Under the pieces are notes generated by a model that had not been told where the DNA came from, ran no database searches, and saw only the letters and a program-made list of their open reading frames with translations. From positions 1 through 52,097 of the IMG/VR virus record IMGVR_UViG_3300049847_000386: 52,097 nt of DNA; one strand, written 5' to 3'. Position numbers and translations under genes: made by a program. Positions 15,901 through 25,531 of this stretch are shown here, piece after piece; positions within the stretch are counted from its first letter, which is position 1; each line of letters begins with the position of its first letter. The stretch comes from a virus (Duplodnaviria > Caudoviricetes).

Positions 15901-17088
15901 TCATCGTTTAGGAATTCTAACAGGAGTGCCGAACGGCACGTTGGTCAATACTCGATCGCCAGACCGGATGTGCCAGCCTCCGTCCTGCGACAGCTCAAGG
16001 TCCTCAATCTTGCCGAACTGCGCAAGGTTGCCGCCCAGGTCCACGACCATGGTGCTGGCCTTCTGGGGGTGGGGACGCATGCCCCGGCCGACCACCTGGT
16101 ACCAGAGCGCCAGCGATCGGGTTGGCCGAGCCATCACCACCGCCTCCAGCTCCGGATAGTCGAAGCCCGTGGTCAGGATGCCCACGTTGGCCACGCAGCG
16201 GATCCTGCCCGCCCGGAAGTCGCTGATGATGCGGTCGCGGGTCTTGGCCGGGGTTTCGGCGGTCACCACCGCCGTGCCGGGGATGGTGCGGGCCAGCATT
16301 TCCGCCTCTCGGACGAACCGGGTGAACACGAGAACGTTCCGCCTGGCGACATCCGGGTGGAACAGGCGGTTCACCACCTGCACCAGCTTGGTGTAGAATC
16401 CGCTCTGCTCGTATTGGGCGCGAACGCTCTCGTCGGTGTAATCAGCCCCGGTGCTGTTCACCTGAAGGGCGTCCCGGTTGATTGTCTTGATCTCGTAGTA
16501 GTCCAACTTTGCGAGGTAGCCCGCATCGAACAGCTCCCGGTTCTGGACGTAGTGAATCACGTCCGAGAAGATGCGCGGGTTGGTCCGGGTGAGGAACTTC
16601 AGGATGCTCCTGCTCATCCCGGTCTTGATGTCCGTCTCCCTGCCCAGGCGGTAAGGGGTGGCCGTCAGGCCCAGCACGCGCACCCCCATCTGGTCCAGCA
16701 CTTCTTCGTACATCCCGCCCTTGGAATTCACAAAATGACACTCGTCGACCAGAACGTATTTGAAGCGCTCCAGCAGGTGGGGCTTGCGCACCACGCTACC
16801 CACGGTGGCGAAGGTCACGTCCTGCATCTTCTTCTGGCCGGCCGATGCGGAGTAGATCCCCGCTCGGTATCCGTAGGCGCAGAGCTTTGCGTGGTTCTGG
16901 GCAAGGATCTCCTTGGATGGCTGGAAGACCAGGGTGGGCTCGGCCAGCTCCCGGATGATGCCCGCGATGACGACCGACTTTCCGGATCCCGTGGGCAGGA
17001 CCAGCAGGCCGTTCCGGTTTCCCTTTGAGCGCAGGTAGGCCACCGCCTTGTCGATGGATTCCTGCTGGTATGGGCGCGGGATGATCAT
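15901..17088 (-). CDS. Superfamily 2 DExH helicase (RadD/YejH-like)
   Basis: RPYQ, PTGSGKS, DECH, TATP, TGFDYP, QVVGRGMR. Confidence 0.93.
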   Translation of the reverse strand: MIIPRPYQQESIDKAVAYLRSKGNRNGLLVLPTGSGKSVVIAGIIRELAEPTLVFQPSKEILAQNHAKLCAYGYRAGIYSASAGQKKMQDVTFATVGSVVRKPHLLERFKYVLVDECHFVNSKGGMYEEVLDQMGVRVLGLTATPYRLGRETDIKTGMSRSILKFLTRTNPRIFSDVIHYVQNRELFDAGYLAKLDYYEIKTINRDALQVNSTGADYTDESVRAQYEQSGFYTKLVQVVNRLFHPDVARRNVLVFTRFVREAEMLARTIPGTAVVTAETPAKTRDRIISDFRAGRIRCVANVGILTTGFDYPELEAVVMARPTRSLALWYQVVGRGMRPHPQKASTMVVDLGGNLAQFGKIEDLELSQDGGWHIRSGDRVLTNVPFGTPVRIPKR

Positions 17089-17279
17089 AGCCCAGGGTCG
17101 GCGTCACTGGTTACTTCACGCCCGTCGAAGGCACCGCCGTAGTCCGGGTCTGGCTCGTCGGCGCGGTCGTCGTCGTCCAGGTGGTAGAAGTGCCCGCAGT
17201 GGGGGCAGCGTGTCTTCATGGCGGCGATGTCCACCTCGTGGGATCGGCCGCAGATGATGCAGGTCGTTACGATGATCAT
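17085..17279 (-). CDS. Small Zn-ribbon protein with acidic tail
   Basis: CIIC...CPHC. Confidence 0.65.
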   Translation of the reverse strand: MIIVTTCIICGRSHEVDIAAMKTRCPHCGHFYHLDDDDRADEPDPDYGGAFDGREVTSDADPGL

Positions 17280-18817
17280 GGCTTCATTAGTTCGCGGGTT
17301 TCACGAACACAATCAAAGGCGTGGGCGCAGATAATGACCAGTTTCGCTCCACCCAGAGGCCCCAGCGCCGCGCATGCCTTGTTCGCCTCGTCCAGCAGGG
17401 CCAGCGCGCAGGCGTGAAGCTCCTGTAGGTCGTAATCCGAGGCGGCTTCGTCTTCGGGGGTCAGCAACGCGTGAAGTTGCTCCCGCGTTGGGTGGTCCGC
17501 AATGGCCGATGAAAGGTCAGCGCCGCCTTCCTGCAAGGGCTGGGAATGCCTGCGCTCCATTGCTTCTTTGGCGGCGGCCTCATCGGCTAACGCTTCGAAT
17601 TCCTCCAAGATGCGGCGGTTCACCTTCTGGTTGGTCTCCTCCCGGGTCGCGTTGATGGCATCAATAGAAGCAGCAGTCGCCTTCCGGACATTCTCGTATT
17701 CGGCAATGCGATCCCGGAGGGGGCGGTCAACGGCGTTGATGGCATCGGACAGCGCCTGCACCCGCTCCTTGTCGGCCAAGAACTCCTCGGTCTCCTGCAC
17801 CAGCACCTCGTCGGGGCTGTCGGATAGGCCGCTCGACATGGCCATGGCTGTGGATGCGGCCTCCTCCTCTTTGGCGGCAAGGTCCGCGATGTAGGTCTGG
17901 CGAAGGGCCTCCTGACGAGCTGCGCCCTCCTTGGCATAGGACCAGTCTTCGTCGCTCAATCCCGCTAAGTCGCTCACGCATTGGAACAGGTCGATCATTG
18001 GGTCCAGCGGGTTGGGGATGAGGTAGTGGCCCTTGTTGGGGTGCTGGTGGGCGCCCAGCGCCAGCAGCTGCTCGTGGCGGAAGGCCTGCTTCTCCTTCTG
18101 CATCGCCTCGCGCTCATTGGCCAGCCGTTCGGCCTCGGCCTTCTGGCGCTCCGCTTCCGCCTTGGCCCGCTCCTTCGCTTCGGCCTCCTCGCGGACCTTC
18201 CGGTCGGCCTCCTCCTTCATCTTGGCAAGGCGCGGATCCACCTGCTCGGCGAGGAACCGAGCCCAGGAGGCCTCGTCGAGGTTGCGCAGGTCCGTGGGCC
18301 ACAGGATCAGGTCCGGCAGCATGTAGTACTGGCCATTCCAAGACATGCCCTTGCTGATCACCAGCGCCTCGCGGGCCTTGTTGCGCTCATCGATGATGCG
18401 GATGGCCTCCTGCCGCTTCAGCTCCTCGGCGTTCTTGTAGGCGGCAAGACGCTCCCGGATAGGCCGCTCGATCGCGCTGACCTGCTCCTGAAGGCCCGAA
18501 TCCGCCCCGGTGCCCAGATACCCGTCCACGCGCTCCTTCAGGCGTTTCAGGGGCTCAAACATGGCCTTGCGCCACTTGTCGATGTCGGTGCGGACTTTCA
18601 CCAGCGCCGTGAGGGCCTTCTGGTTCTGCTCCTCGGTCGCCTTGTCGGTGACCGCTGGCAGGCCCTGCGCCCTGCGGGCGATCTCGGCCAGCTTCGCCCC
18701 GTGGAGCTTCTGGTAGGTGGAAACGTCCGCATCGGACGGTACTGCGCCCGGAATGGGCATTTCAAGCAGGGCGGTGTCAATGGCCTGCTCGAGGTTGGTC
18801 GTGGTGACTTGGGTCAT
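17276..18817 (-). CDS. Long coiled-coil protein of unknown function
   Basis: 513 aa from MTQVTTT, with Glu/Ala/Arg/Lys-rich helical stretches. Confidence 0.7.
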   Translation of the reverse strand: MTQVTTTNLEQAIDTALLEMPIPGAVPSDADVSTYQKLHGAKLAEIARRAQGLPAVTDKATEEQNQKALTALVKVRTDIDKWRKAMFEPLKRLKERVDGYLGTGADSGLQEQVSAIERPIRERLAAYKNAEELKRQEAIRIIDERNKAREALVISKGMSWNGQYYMLPDLILWPTDLRNLDEASWARFLAEQVDPRLAKMKEEADRKVREEAEAKERAKAEAERQKAEAERLANEREAMQKEKQAFRHEQLLALGAHQHPNKGHYLIPNPLDPMIDLFQCVSDLAGLSDEDWSYAKEGAARQEALRQTYIADLAAKEEEAASTAMAMSSGLSDSPDEVLVQETEEFLADKERVQALSDAINAVDRPLRDRIAEYENVRKATAASIDAINATREETNQKVNRRILEEFEALADEAAAKEAMERRHSQPLQEGGADLSSAIADHPTREQLHALLTPEDEAASDYDLQELHACALALLDEANKACAALGPLGGAKLVIICAHAFDCVRETRELMKP

Positions 18818-18831
18818 GGTTCGATTGAGGT

Positions 18832-18951
18832 TCAGTCGTCGTTGTCGGCGTTGTGGTCTTCGATGCAGCGGCGGCAGATGCGTCCGTTGCGCGTGGGCGC
18901 CCCGCAGTCGGGGCAGCCGTCGTCCTCCGGTGGGCTGATGGGCTGCTCCAT
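18832..18951 (-). CDS. Tiny Zn-finger protein
   Basis: MEQPISPPEDDGCPDC...CRRC; start overlaps the upstream stop. Confidence 0.5.
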   Translation of the reverse strand: MEQPISPPEDDGCPDCGAPTRNGRICRRCIEDHNADNDD

Positions 18952-19217
18952 CACTTGGCGGGGTTGATGCCCAGCAGGTCCAGCTCGGTGTCCAGCGTGG
19001 CGTTGGGGCCGTTCTCCCATGCAAGCTCAACGATGCGGCCTTGCAGGGCGATCAGGCCCTCCATCGCCGCGTGGAGCTTGTCCACGGCCTCTTGGTATTG
19101 GTTGCGGGTCACCTCCTGAAGCGCCTCGCTCTCCGGGCGGGCCATCGGGATGCTGCGCTCCATCCAGCGGTGCGCACGATTGATGTTCTGGGCGGTTTCG
19201 ATGTCGATGCAGATCAT
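18951..19217 (-). CDS. Hypothetical protein, first gene after the repeated promoter
   Basis: 88 aa from MICIDIE. Confidence 0.6.
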   Translation of the reverse strand: MICIDIETAQNINRAHRWMERSIPMARPESEALQEVTRNQYQEAVDKLHAAMEGLIALQGRIVELAWENGPNATLDTELDLLGINPAK

Positions 19218-19234
19218 GGTGGCAGTTGTTTTTA

Positions 19235-19306
19235 GGTTCAATCACGGCCCAAACGTAATACTTTTCTTTCACCCCGGCGAAAGAAAAGGAAGAATGTGAC
19301 GAACGG
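19235..19306 (-). promoter_or_regulatory. Early promoter/operator block, copy 2
   Basis: Near-identical to 31671-31743; TACGTTTG (-7 consensus) at 19250-19257 and imperfect palindrome CTTTCACCCCGGCGAAAG at 19266-19283. Confidence 0.75.
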
Positions 19307-19454
19307 GGACGGCAAAGCACAAGCCCCACCTTTCGATAGGGCCTTGCTGAGTGGATGACCGCCCGACTTTCACGGGCCACCTTTAGCTGCCTCCCTCGCC
19401 GCTCTCAGGAGCTTGGGCCGGGTCACCGCCTTAAATGTGTTCGTGGCTAACTTA

Positions 19455-21143
19455 CTACTTCACCGTCACCTCGGATATGCCCCACCAGTTCCCGTTGGCG
19501 GTCGTACAGGTGATTCGCACCCAGCCTGCTTGAACCGGGGTGAAGGTGGCGGTCGATATGGCCAAACCCGTGAACGAGCCACGGGAGGTGAAGGTGCTCC
19601 CGTTGGTGGAGGTTGATACGGTGAACGTCCGGGGGTAGCTGTTGTCGTAGGTCGGCGGTATGGTGAACGTCACCGTAGAGACGCTGGCGGCTGCTGGCAG
19701 CTTGAGCGTGACCGTCTGGGAGGTGGTGGTCATGGACACTCCGCTCATCCAGTACGTTGCGGGGTTGCCATCGACGGCCATGCTCGCCGGGTTCGTTGAC
19801 GTGGAGGCGAACGCGGTCGCGGTCAATCCAGAAGCCGGGGGGGTGACGGGCCCGGGGTCAACTGGGGGTGTCACCACCCCGCCCGTGGACAGGACCATGT
19901 TCGATCGGCTCTTCAGGTACAGGCCCACTTCGTTGTTCAGCCCGAAGGTGTTTCCCCGCGATGCCCGACCACCCGTAAGGCGAACGCCGGTTGATGCGCA
20001 ATAGAACAGGCTCCCCACGTTCGAGGAGATTTGCACGCCGGTGACGTTCACTTCGTATTCGCCCTGGTCCACGTGTATCAGTTCGTCGCACGTGACCCCG
20101 TTGTAGTCCGCCGTCCCGCCGATGATGTTCAACGTGAGCTGGCCCAATGGACCCTCCACCGATACCATGCGCTGCATCACCCCCCTGCTTTCGCTCTTGG
20201 TGCTGATGAATGTGAATGTTCCGCCGCCAACGCTCTGAGCGTTCATGGGCCGGATGCGGATCAGCCCGCCCCGGTTATTGTCACCACTCAGGGTGCGCCC
20301 GGTCATGTTCGTCAGTCCGTTGTTCCCGAGGAAGTCGAAGCCTGGCCCGCAGTTGTAGAACGCAGAGCACACCTCGACCACGCCGGGGGTGCCGCCGATG
20401 ATCGCGTATCCCGCGTTGTTGAATCCCTCGGCCATGCAGAACGCAACCACGCTGTTCTCACCTGGGTGCGACATGGTAAGGCCGTTGCTTACAAATGTCG
20501 GGTCGTTGGTCATTTCGTTGCGCCCACCAACGAATCGGAAGCCTTCGACCTGCACCCCTTCGGAATAGGCCATGCCGCCGATCACCCCGTAATCCATCCC
20601 CCAGCAGGAAGCGTACATGCAGTTGCGGTCGGGCTGTCGTTTGCTCCATCCAAAGTGGTCGATGCGGATGGACGTGCCCGGGGTGCTTCCGATGTTCGTC
20701 CCGGTCTTCTCGGCGTACACGTTCGGGTGCCGGCCGATGTAGTGGCCCAGGCCCGTCATGCACCCGTAGCGCACGTAGTAGTCGCCATCGGGAGCGATGA
20801 TCGTTCCCCTACTCTGTGTGATGAAGTTGGGGCGGATGTAGATGCCCACGTCCAAGTACGTGTCCGTGTGCCAGACCCAATCGTTCCAAGCGCACTCGAA
20901 CAGATACAGGTCCAGCAGTTCGGCGGTCGGCCAGCCCCGAGCCTGCCAGTACGCGGCGAACGCCGGGAAGCTGTCCTTGGCCATCGCCTCGGTGTACTTC
21001 AGGCCGCGCAAAGTGGCGTCCTTCGACTTGTCCACATGGTAGACCTTCTCCATGTCGCACGTTCCACTCTTGGGATAGATGCGCGGCGCGGAGTGAGCGG
21101 TGAGCGCCACGAACAGCAGCGCCAGTGTGAGGATGTTCTTCAT
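19455..21143 (-). CDS. Secreted protein: signal peptide, probable beta-helix, C-terminal F5/8 type C (discoidin/CBM32) domain
   Basis: MKNILTLALLFVALTAHSA signal; Gly/Asn-rich beta-helix-like core; Pro/Thr linker; ASMAVDGNPATYW...YPRTF...WVRI...ISEV discoidin motifs. Confidence 0.75.
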   Translation of the reverse strand: MKNILTLALLFVALTAHSAPRIYPKSGTCDMEKVYHVDKSKDATLRGLKYTEAMAKDSFPAFAAYWQARGWPTAELLDLYLFECAWNDWVWHTDTYLDVGIYIRPNFITQSRGTIIAPDGDYYVRYGCMTGLGHYIGRHPNVYAEKTGTNIGSTPGTSIRIDHFGWSKRQPDRNCMYASCWGMDYGVIGGMAYSEGVQVEGFRFVGGRNEMTNDPTFVSNGLTMSHPGENSVVAFCMAEGFNNAGYAIIGGTPGVVEVCSAFYNCGPGFDFLGNNGLTNMTGRTLSGDNNRGGLIRIRPMNAQSVGGGTFTFISTKSESRGVMQRMVSVEGPLGQLTLNIIGGTADYNGVTCDELIHVDQGEYEVNVTGVQISSNVGSLFYCASTGVRLTGGRASRGNTFGLNNEVGLYLKSRSNMVLSTGGVVTPPVDPGPVTPPASGLTATAFASTSTNPASMAVDGNPATYWMSGVSMTTTSQTVTLKLPAAASVSTVTFTIPPTYDNSYPRTFTVSTSTNGSTFTSRGSFTGLAISTATFTPVQAGWVRITCTTANGNWWGISEVTVK

Positions 21144-21640
21144 GAGTTGGAGATTAGGAGAATGAACGACACCAGGCCAATGGCGGCCTCGAAGATTACT
21201 GCGGTCCAATAGGGGCTGAAGCCCGTGCGAGCATAGACCGTACGTAGCTCCTCGTGCGTGATGTAGACGCGCTCGACCTTCCGGGTCAGCGACCACCAGA
21301 GGCCATCGTACCAGCTGTCCTTGCGACCGCGGATCGATGGCCCGATGTAGTCGTAGCGAACAGGTGGCGATTTCCGTGTGCAATTAAGCACGTGCCTGTC
21401 GGTGATCGTGAACACCGCGTAGGCCTCGGTGGCCATGAGCAGAAGCCGCCAGGAGACGCTGCCGAATGCGTAGTTGGCCAGCACCATCATTGCGAGGATC
21501 AGCCCAGCGATGATCAACACAACGCGTGCGCGATGTGCGTGGTCGATATCCAGCCCCTCATCAATGTCGCGCGCATCGATCTGGCCCATGACAACGCCCA
21601 TCACCCAGAAGATCAGCAGGACGGCGAACGCGCTCCACAT
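21140..21640 (-). CDS. Multi-pass membrane protein
   Basis: Several hydrophobic segments; coupled to both neighbours. Confidence 0.7.
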   Translation of the reverse strand: MWSAFAVLLIFWVMGVVMGQIDARDIDEGLDIDHAHRARVVLIIAGLILAMMVLANYAFGSVSWRLLLMATEAYAVFTITDRHVLNCTRKSPPVRYDYIGPSIRGRKDSWYDGLWWSLTRKVERVYITHEELRTVYARTGFSPYWTAVIFEAAIGLVSFILLISNS

Positions 21641-22053
21641 CAGACCCAGCGTTTGGTGAAATTCTCATAGGTGCCCCACCAGAATAGCGCAATGATGCCC
21701 ATGCCTATCGAGTGGCCGATAACAGCAACGGGCCAGCCACCGCCAGCGGTGGATGCCGCGGCAATGGCGACAGCGGCCGCATGGATGATCGCAACCATGA
21801 ACGCGGGCGTTCGCCCAACCATCCGCTGTCCGCTTTCGGGGTGCTTCATCCAGCGGAACTCCCGCCAAGTCATGGGCCGCAGCTCGCTTTCAAAGAATAC
21901 GTCGAACTTCTCCTTGCACCAGCACCAATACAGAACGCCGACATCTTTTTGCCCGCCGCTGGGGTGGTCGATCAGCATGGGATGTCCAGTGACGGCGTGG
22001 GCAACGTTATCGCCTCGGCGATACTTTGGGATGGCGCTTTGATTCTCGGACAT
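21640..22053 (-). CDS. Hypothetical protein with two C-terminal TM segments
   Basis: Start MSENQSA; small soluble N-domain followed by two hydrophobic helices. Confidence 0.6.
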   Translation of the reverse strand: MSENQSAIPKYRRGDNVAHAVTGHPMLIDHPSGGQKDVGVLYWCWCKEKFDVFFESELRPMTWREFRWMKHPESGQRMVGRTPAFMVAIIHAAAVAIAAASTAGGGWPVAVIGHSIGMGIIALFWWGTYENFTKRWV

Positions 22054-22069
22054 GCCGCCAATGTATGGA

Positions 22070-22576
22070 TCAGACGAACGCGAGCTGCTTGTTCGCCTCC
22101 GGGATGTCAAACTGCTTGTCCACATCCACCACAGGATTGCCGTCCGCGTCCACGTTGTGCGCGTTGAAGTGTTCAATTGCCCAGGCCATGACCTGCGTGA
22201 TGTAGTCGGCCATTTCCCCGACCGTGAGCTCGCTGGTGGACTTCACCAGATCGATGCACTCCCCGGTCTCGAAGTCGATGCACACCGAGAACCGCAGGAA
22301 CTTGCAGGCCATCAGCTCGTGCACCTCCTGGTCGGTGATGGGGCCACCCATCCGGCCGGTGACCCCATCACTCCGCATCCGCTCCCCGATCAAGAAGATT
22401 ACCACGCCCCAATAGTACCCTCGCTGGGGCTGCGTGGTGTAGTAGCGCTTCGCCCGGATGCAGACCTCCACCTGCTTGCCCTCGTACTGGCGCATGAGCT
22501 GGTTGACGGCCCGCGTGACGAAACGGCCCTGCTCGATGCGCTCGGGGTAGAACGCCTCTCGCTTCTTGGCGCTCAT
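22070..22576 (-). CDS. NinB/Orf-like recombination protein
   Basis: TQPQRGYYWG...KSTSELTVGEMADYI pattern. Confidence 0.7.
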   Translation of the reverse strand: MSAKKREAFYPERIEQGRFVTRAVNQLMRQYEGKQVEVCIRAKRYYTTQPQRGYYWGVVIFLIGERMRSDGVTGRMGGPITDQEVHELMACKFLRFSVCIDFETGECIDLVKSTSELTVGEMADYITQVMAWAIEHFNAHNVDADGNPVVDVDKQFDIPEANKQLAFV

Positions 22577-23220
22577 TCGTCGTTGTCTTCGTCGTTGACC
22601 ACGGCCATGCTGGACGTGCCGATCAGGTTCACCTCCGGGCTTTCGCCGGCGTCAGCAGCCTCGGGGTCGAAGGCAAGCGCGGTCTGGGCGGGAGGCGCCT
22701 GCTTGCCCTCTAGGTAGGCCCACGCTTCGGCCTCCAGCGCCTGCAGGTGCTCGTCCACGTGCGTGGCGAACTTGTACTTCTCGTTGGGGGAGCCGAGCTT
22801 GATGCCCGGGCTGCAGTAGTTCTTCACCCTGCCGCAGCGCAGGCGGTAGGTGCCTTGGATGTGTACGCCCACGGGAGCGGGCTCCTCGTCGCTCTCGAAC
22901 TCCGGCATCCCGCCGCTGAGGGTGACGCTGGTGATGCTGGCGCGCTCGAGGTTCTTCAGCGTCCCGTCGAATGGGTAGCTGGCCTTGGGCTCGCCCACCT
23001 CCTCGCCGAAGATGAGCCAGTGCTCACCAAAGGGCTTCATCGCCGCCCGAAAGTCGTCGTGGATCAGCGCATCGCTGCTGCGCTCCTCGTTGGTCCGAAC
23101 GTAGGACTGCGATTCCGGGTTGAAGAAGAAGTCCGCCCAGGCCACGGTCGCGCCGCCGCCGTTGTTGAATTTGACCTTGCGCAGTACGCGCGCCTTGTGT
23201 TGGAGTTGTCCGTTGCTCAT
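22573..23220 (-). CDS. Hypothetical protein
   Basis: 215 aa, coupled to both neighbours, acidic tail. Confidence 0.7.
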   Translation of the reverse strand: MSNGQLQHKARVLRKVKFNNGGGATVAWADFFFNPESQSYVRTNEERSSDALIHDDFRAAMKPFGEHWLIFGEEVGEPKASYPFDGTLKNLERASITSVTLSGGMPEFESDEEPAPVGVHIQGTYRLRCGRVKNYCSPGIKLGSPNEKYKFATHVDEHLQALEAEAWAYLEGKQAPPAQTALAFDPEAADAGESPEVNLIGTSSMAVVNDEDNDE

Positions 23221-23423
23221 TTGAATCGTGATTTAAGCCCTTTCGGGCGTTGGTTTCCTTTCATCAGTGGCCTGCGTTTGTGGGCTAGGTGCCAGTGCTT
23301 GCAGCTGGTGCACTTGTAGGCCATCATGTTCCCCATCCTGCCCGCAATCCGCCCGGCCTCGGTTCGGCCCAAGCACATCTTGTCCTTGACCGCGCAGTAC
23401 TTCCCGTCGTGCTCCGTGCTCAT
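23217..23423 (-). CDS. Small Zn-binding protein
   Basis: AYKCTSCKHWHL motif. Confidence 0.65.
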   Translation of the reverse strand: MSTEHDGKYCAVKDKMCLGRTEAGRIAGRMGNMMAYKCTSCKHWHLAHKRRPLMKGNQRPKGLKSRFK

Positions 23424-23426
23424 CGG

Positions 23427-25016
23427 CTACATCACTGCTTTGATGAACGCGGACGCGACTTCCGAGACGATGCCGTTGCCGTAGGCCCGCAGTCGCACCG
23501 TCCTGTTCGCTCCAATGCGCGCTTCGGTCATCCACTCTGCTTCTCTCCCGCAGCTTTCGCAGCACGAAGCCTCACGTGCTCCTTCGCATGGCAGCCCGAA
23601 CACAGAATAGCAATGTTCTCCTGGGCGTTGTTCATTGGGTTCTCGTCCTTGTGGTGTCGATGTAAATAAGGCCCCTCCTTCCCGCAATCGCGACACTCCT
23701 TCGCCTCGAACATCCTCTGGGCTTGGTACCGCCCCGCCTCCTTGGTGGCGGGCTGCTTCGTGTACGCTTTTGCCATGCACTCCTTGTTGCAGTACTTCCG
23801 TCTCCAAACACCCGCCAATCGGGCAAGTGACTTCCCACACTGCGCGCAGCATTTCGTCGTCCTTGTCTTGCGCATTAGCCTCAACGCAGTGGGCGCACAC
23901 GTATCCCATTCGGCCGGTAGCCCCATCAACCAGCGGGAATGTGCCGGGTTCAACTGGCCTCCACTTATTGTCCCGGCACCAGAGCCAGTCTGCAGCTCCC
24001 CATCGGCCGTTAACCGGGCCGGGCCGACCAGATGGGTTGCCACCGCCGTCAGCGTGTCGAATGTTCCCCTGCTCCATCGCGCTCCGCTGCTCTCCCCGTC
24101 CTCCGTCCTCGGGGTTGGCCACCCGCTCAGTTGCGCATCGGTCTGAAGGTCGGCCCCCTTCTTGGGGTCCCGTCCCTCCCACGTCCCTGTGCTGTTCTGC
24201 TTTTTGGGCGTAGGCCAGCCAGCAGCCTGGGCCGCGAACTGCAGCGTCATCGACCGGCCGCTCCCGTTCTGCCCCTGCTCCTTCACCCGAGCGCGCCTCG
24301 CGTCCATGTTCGCCTTCTGCGTCTCGTATGGCGTCCCGTCCGCTACGTTCGCCGTGTCCGGGGTCGGCCAGCCCGCCAGCTGCGCCTGCCTGGGCAATTG
24401 GTCCAGCCTCGTCCGCTCCGATCCGTCCGGGTTCGTCGCCGTTGTCGCCATCCCTGCGCTGTCCTTCCAATCCCTGCTGGCTGGCGTCACCCTGGGTGAC
24501 GCCAGCTCGTGCTGCGTGGAAGAAGAGGCGCTGGCGGATGTGCGGAGCACCGACGCCCGCAGCGCATAGATCGACCGCCCGGAAGGCATATCCCGCACCT
24601 TCCATGTCAGCCTGTACAAGGTCGAGCCAAGTGAGGCCGTCGCCGTTTGCAACCTGCTCACCAAAGACCGGTACATCTGGAGGCTTTCCGTGCTGTAGCA
24701 GATGGAACCACGCGGGCCAAAGGTGCCGCTCGTCAGCAACGCCTGCGCCTTTGCCTGCCGTGCTGAAAGGCTGGCAAGGGCAGGATCCGGTCCAGACCGG
24801 TCGGTCGTCAGGCCACCCGGCTTGGCGCAAGGAGTAGCTCCAGATCCCAATGCCGGCGAAGAAGTGGCACTGGCTGTATCCCATAAGGTCGGCTGGTAGG
24901 ACATCTTCGATTGAGCGTTCATCGACATCGCCGGGAGCAATGTGCCCGGCCGTGATCAGGTTCCGCAGCCATTGCGCTGCGTTGGGGTCGATCTCGTTGT
25001 AGTAGGCGCGCACCAT
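23427..25016 (-). CDS. C5-cytosine DNA methyltransferase, catalytic (alpha-like) frame
   Basis: [34 protein letters not shown] and terminal [10 protein letters not shown] (motif X). Confidence 0.88.
   Translation of the reverse strand: MVRAYYNEIDPNAAQWLRNLITAGHIAPGDVDERSIEDVLPADLMGYSQCHFFAGIGIWSYSLRQAGWPDDRPVWTGSCPCQPFSTAGKGAGVADERHLWPAWFHLLQHGKPPDVPVFGEQVANGDGLTWLDLVQADMEGAGYAFRAVDLCAAGVGAPHIRQRLFFHAARAGVTQGDASQQGLEGQRRDGDNGDEPGRIGADEAGPIAQAGAAGGLADPGHGERSGRDAIRDAEGEHGREARSGEGAGAERERPVDDAAVRGPGCWLAYAQKAEQHRDVGGTGPQEGGRPSDRCATERVANPEDGGRGEQRSAMEQGNIRHADGGGNPSGRPGPVNGRWGAADWLWCRDNKWRPVEPGTFPLVDGATGRMGYVCAHCVEANAQDKDDEMLRAVWEVTCPIGGCLETEVLQQGVHGKSVHEAARHQGGGAVPSPEDVRGEGVSRLREGGALFTSTPQGREPNEQRPGEHCYSVFGLPCEGAREASCCESCGREAEWMTEARIGANRTVRLRAYGNGIVSEVASAFIKAVM
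23528..24940 (-). CDS. Overlapping alternative-frame MTase subunit (beta-like) fused to an HNH domain; true start uncertain
   Basis: Three GWPTP repeats, [17 protein letters not shown] (motif IX-like), then [40 protein letters not shown]. Confidence 0.75.
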   Translation of the reverse strand: MLPAMSMNAQSKMSYQPTLWDTASATSSPALGSGATPCAKPGGLTTDRSGPDPALASLSARQAKAQALLTSGTFGPRGSICYSTESLQMYRSLVSRLQTATASLGSTLYRLTWKVRDMPSGRSIYALRASVLRTSASASSSTQHELASPRVTPASRDWKDSAGMATTATNPDGSERTRLDQLPRQAQLAGWPTPDTANVADGTPYETQKANMDARRARVKEQGQNGSGRSMTLQFAAQAAGWPTPKKQNSTGTWEGRDPKKGADLQTDAQLSGWPTPRTEDGESSGARWSRGTFDTLTAVATHLVGPARLTADGELQTGSGAGTISGGQLNPAHSRWLMGLPAEWDTCAPTALRLMRKTRTTKCCAQCGKSLARLAGVWRRKYCNKECMAKAYTKQPATKEAGRYQAQRMFEAKECRDCGKEGPYLHRHHKDENPMNNAQENIAILCSGCHAKEHVRLRAAKAAGEKQSG

Positions 25017-25300
25017 CAGCCCAGACGGATAACGCGCCCCTTGGGGCTGATGCGATCTGCGTGCTCCAGGATGAGGCTCCAGAGCCCAATGCTGGTGTTC
25101 GGATTCATCGGCTGCACGTCGAAGGTGAAGTGCTCCACCCGCTTGTCCTCCTGATTCGCTGGGGTGAATTGGAAGGTGACCAGGTTGCGCGGGTCGCCAA
25201 GGTCCCGCGTAGCGACACCGATGTGGATGTGGATGGCTCGATCCCGGGCCAGCAGGGCAAGGCTCTCGATCAGGGGTGGTGACTTCTTTCCGATGGACAT
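25016..25300 (-). CDS. Hypothetical protein
   Basis: 94 aa, coupled to the methyltransferase start. Confidence 0.6.
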   Translation of the reverse strand: MSIGKKSPPLIESLALLARDRAIHIHIGVATRDLGDPRNLVTFQFTPANQEDKRVEHFTFDVQPMNPNTSIGLWSLILEHADRISPKGRVIRLG

Positions 25301-25303
25301 GGT

Positions 25304-25531
25304 TCAGATTCGTTGTTCACGCAGTTGGTGGATCATTGCTGCAGCCTGCGCGCGCTGCTTCGCATCCTCAAGGTCCCTCCCGATCACTTGGTCCCCGCTG
25401 GAGACGATGGTCTTATTTCCAGCCTTCACAGACCACTCGCCCTCGAAGGATGCCCAGAGCGTGAGCAGTCGCCAAGAGGCCGTCGCATACGGATTCGGGC
25501 CGCGGTGGTAATTCCAATTGAACGCGCTCAT
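25304..25531 (-). CDS. Hypothetical protein
   Basis: 75 aa, tiles the operon. Confidence 0.55.
   Translation of the reverse strand: MSAFNWNYHRGPNPYATASWRLLTLWASFEGEWSVKAGNKTIVSSGDQVIGRDLEDAKQRAQAAAMIHQLREQRI

Noticed and set aside
19307-19454. tRNA or other structured ncRNA in the intergenic gap
   Set aside because: Only short hairpins consistent with termination are visible; I could not build a cloverleaf or recognise a known motif.
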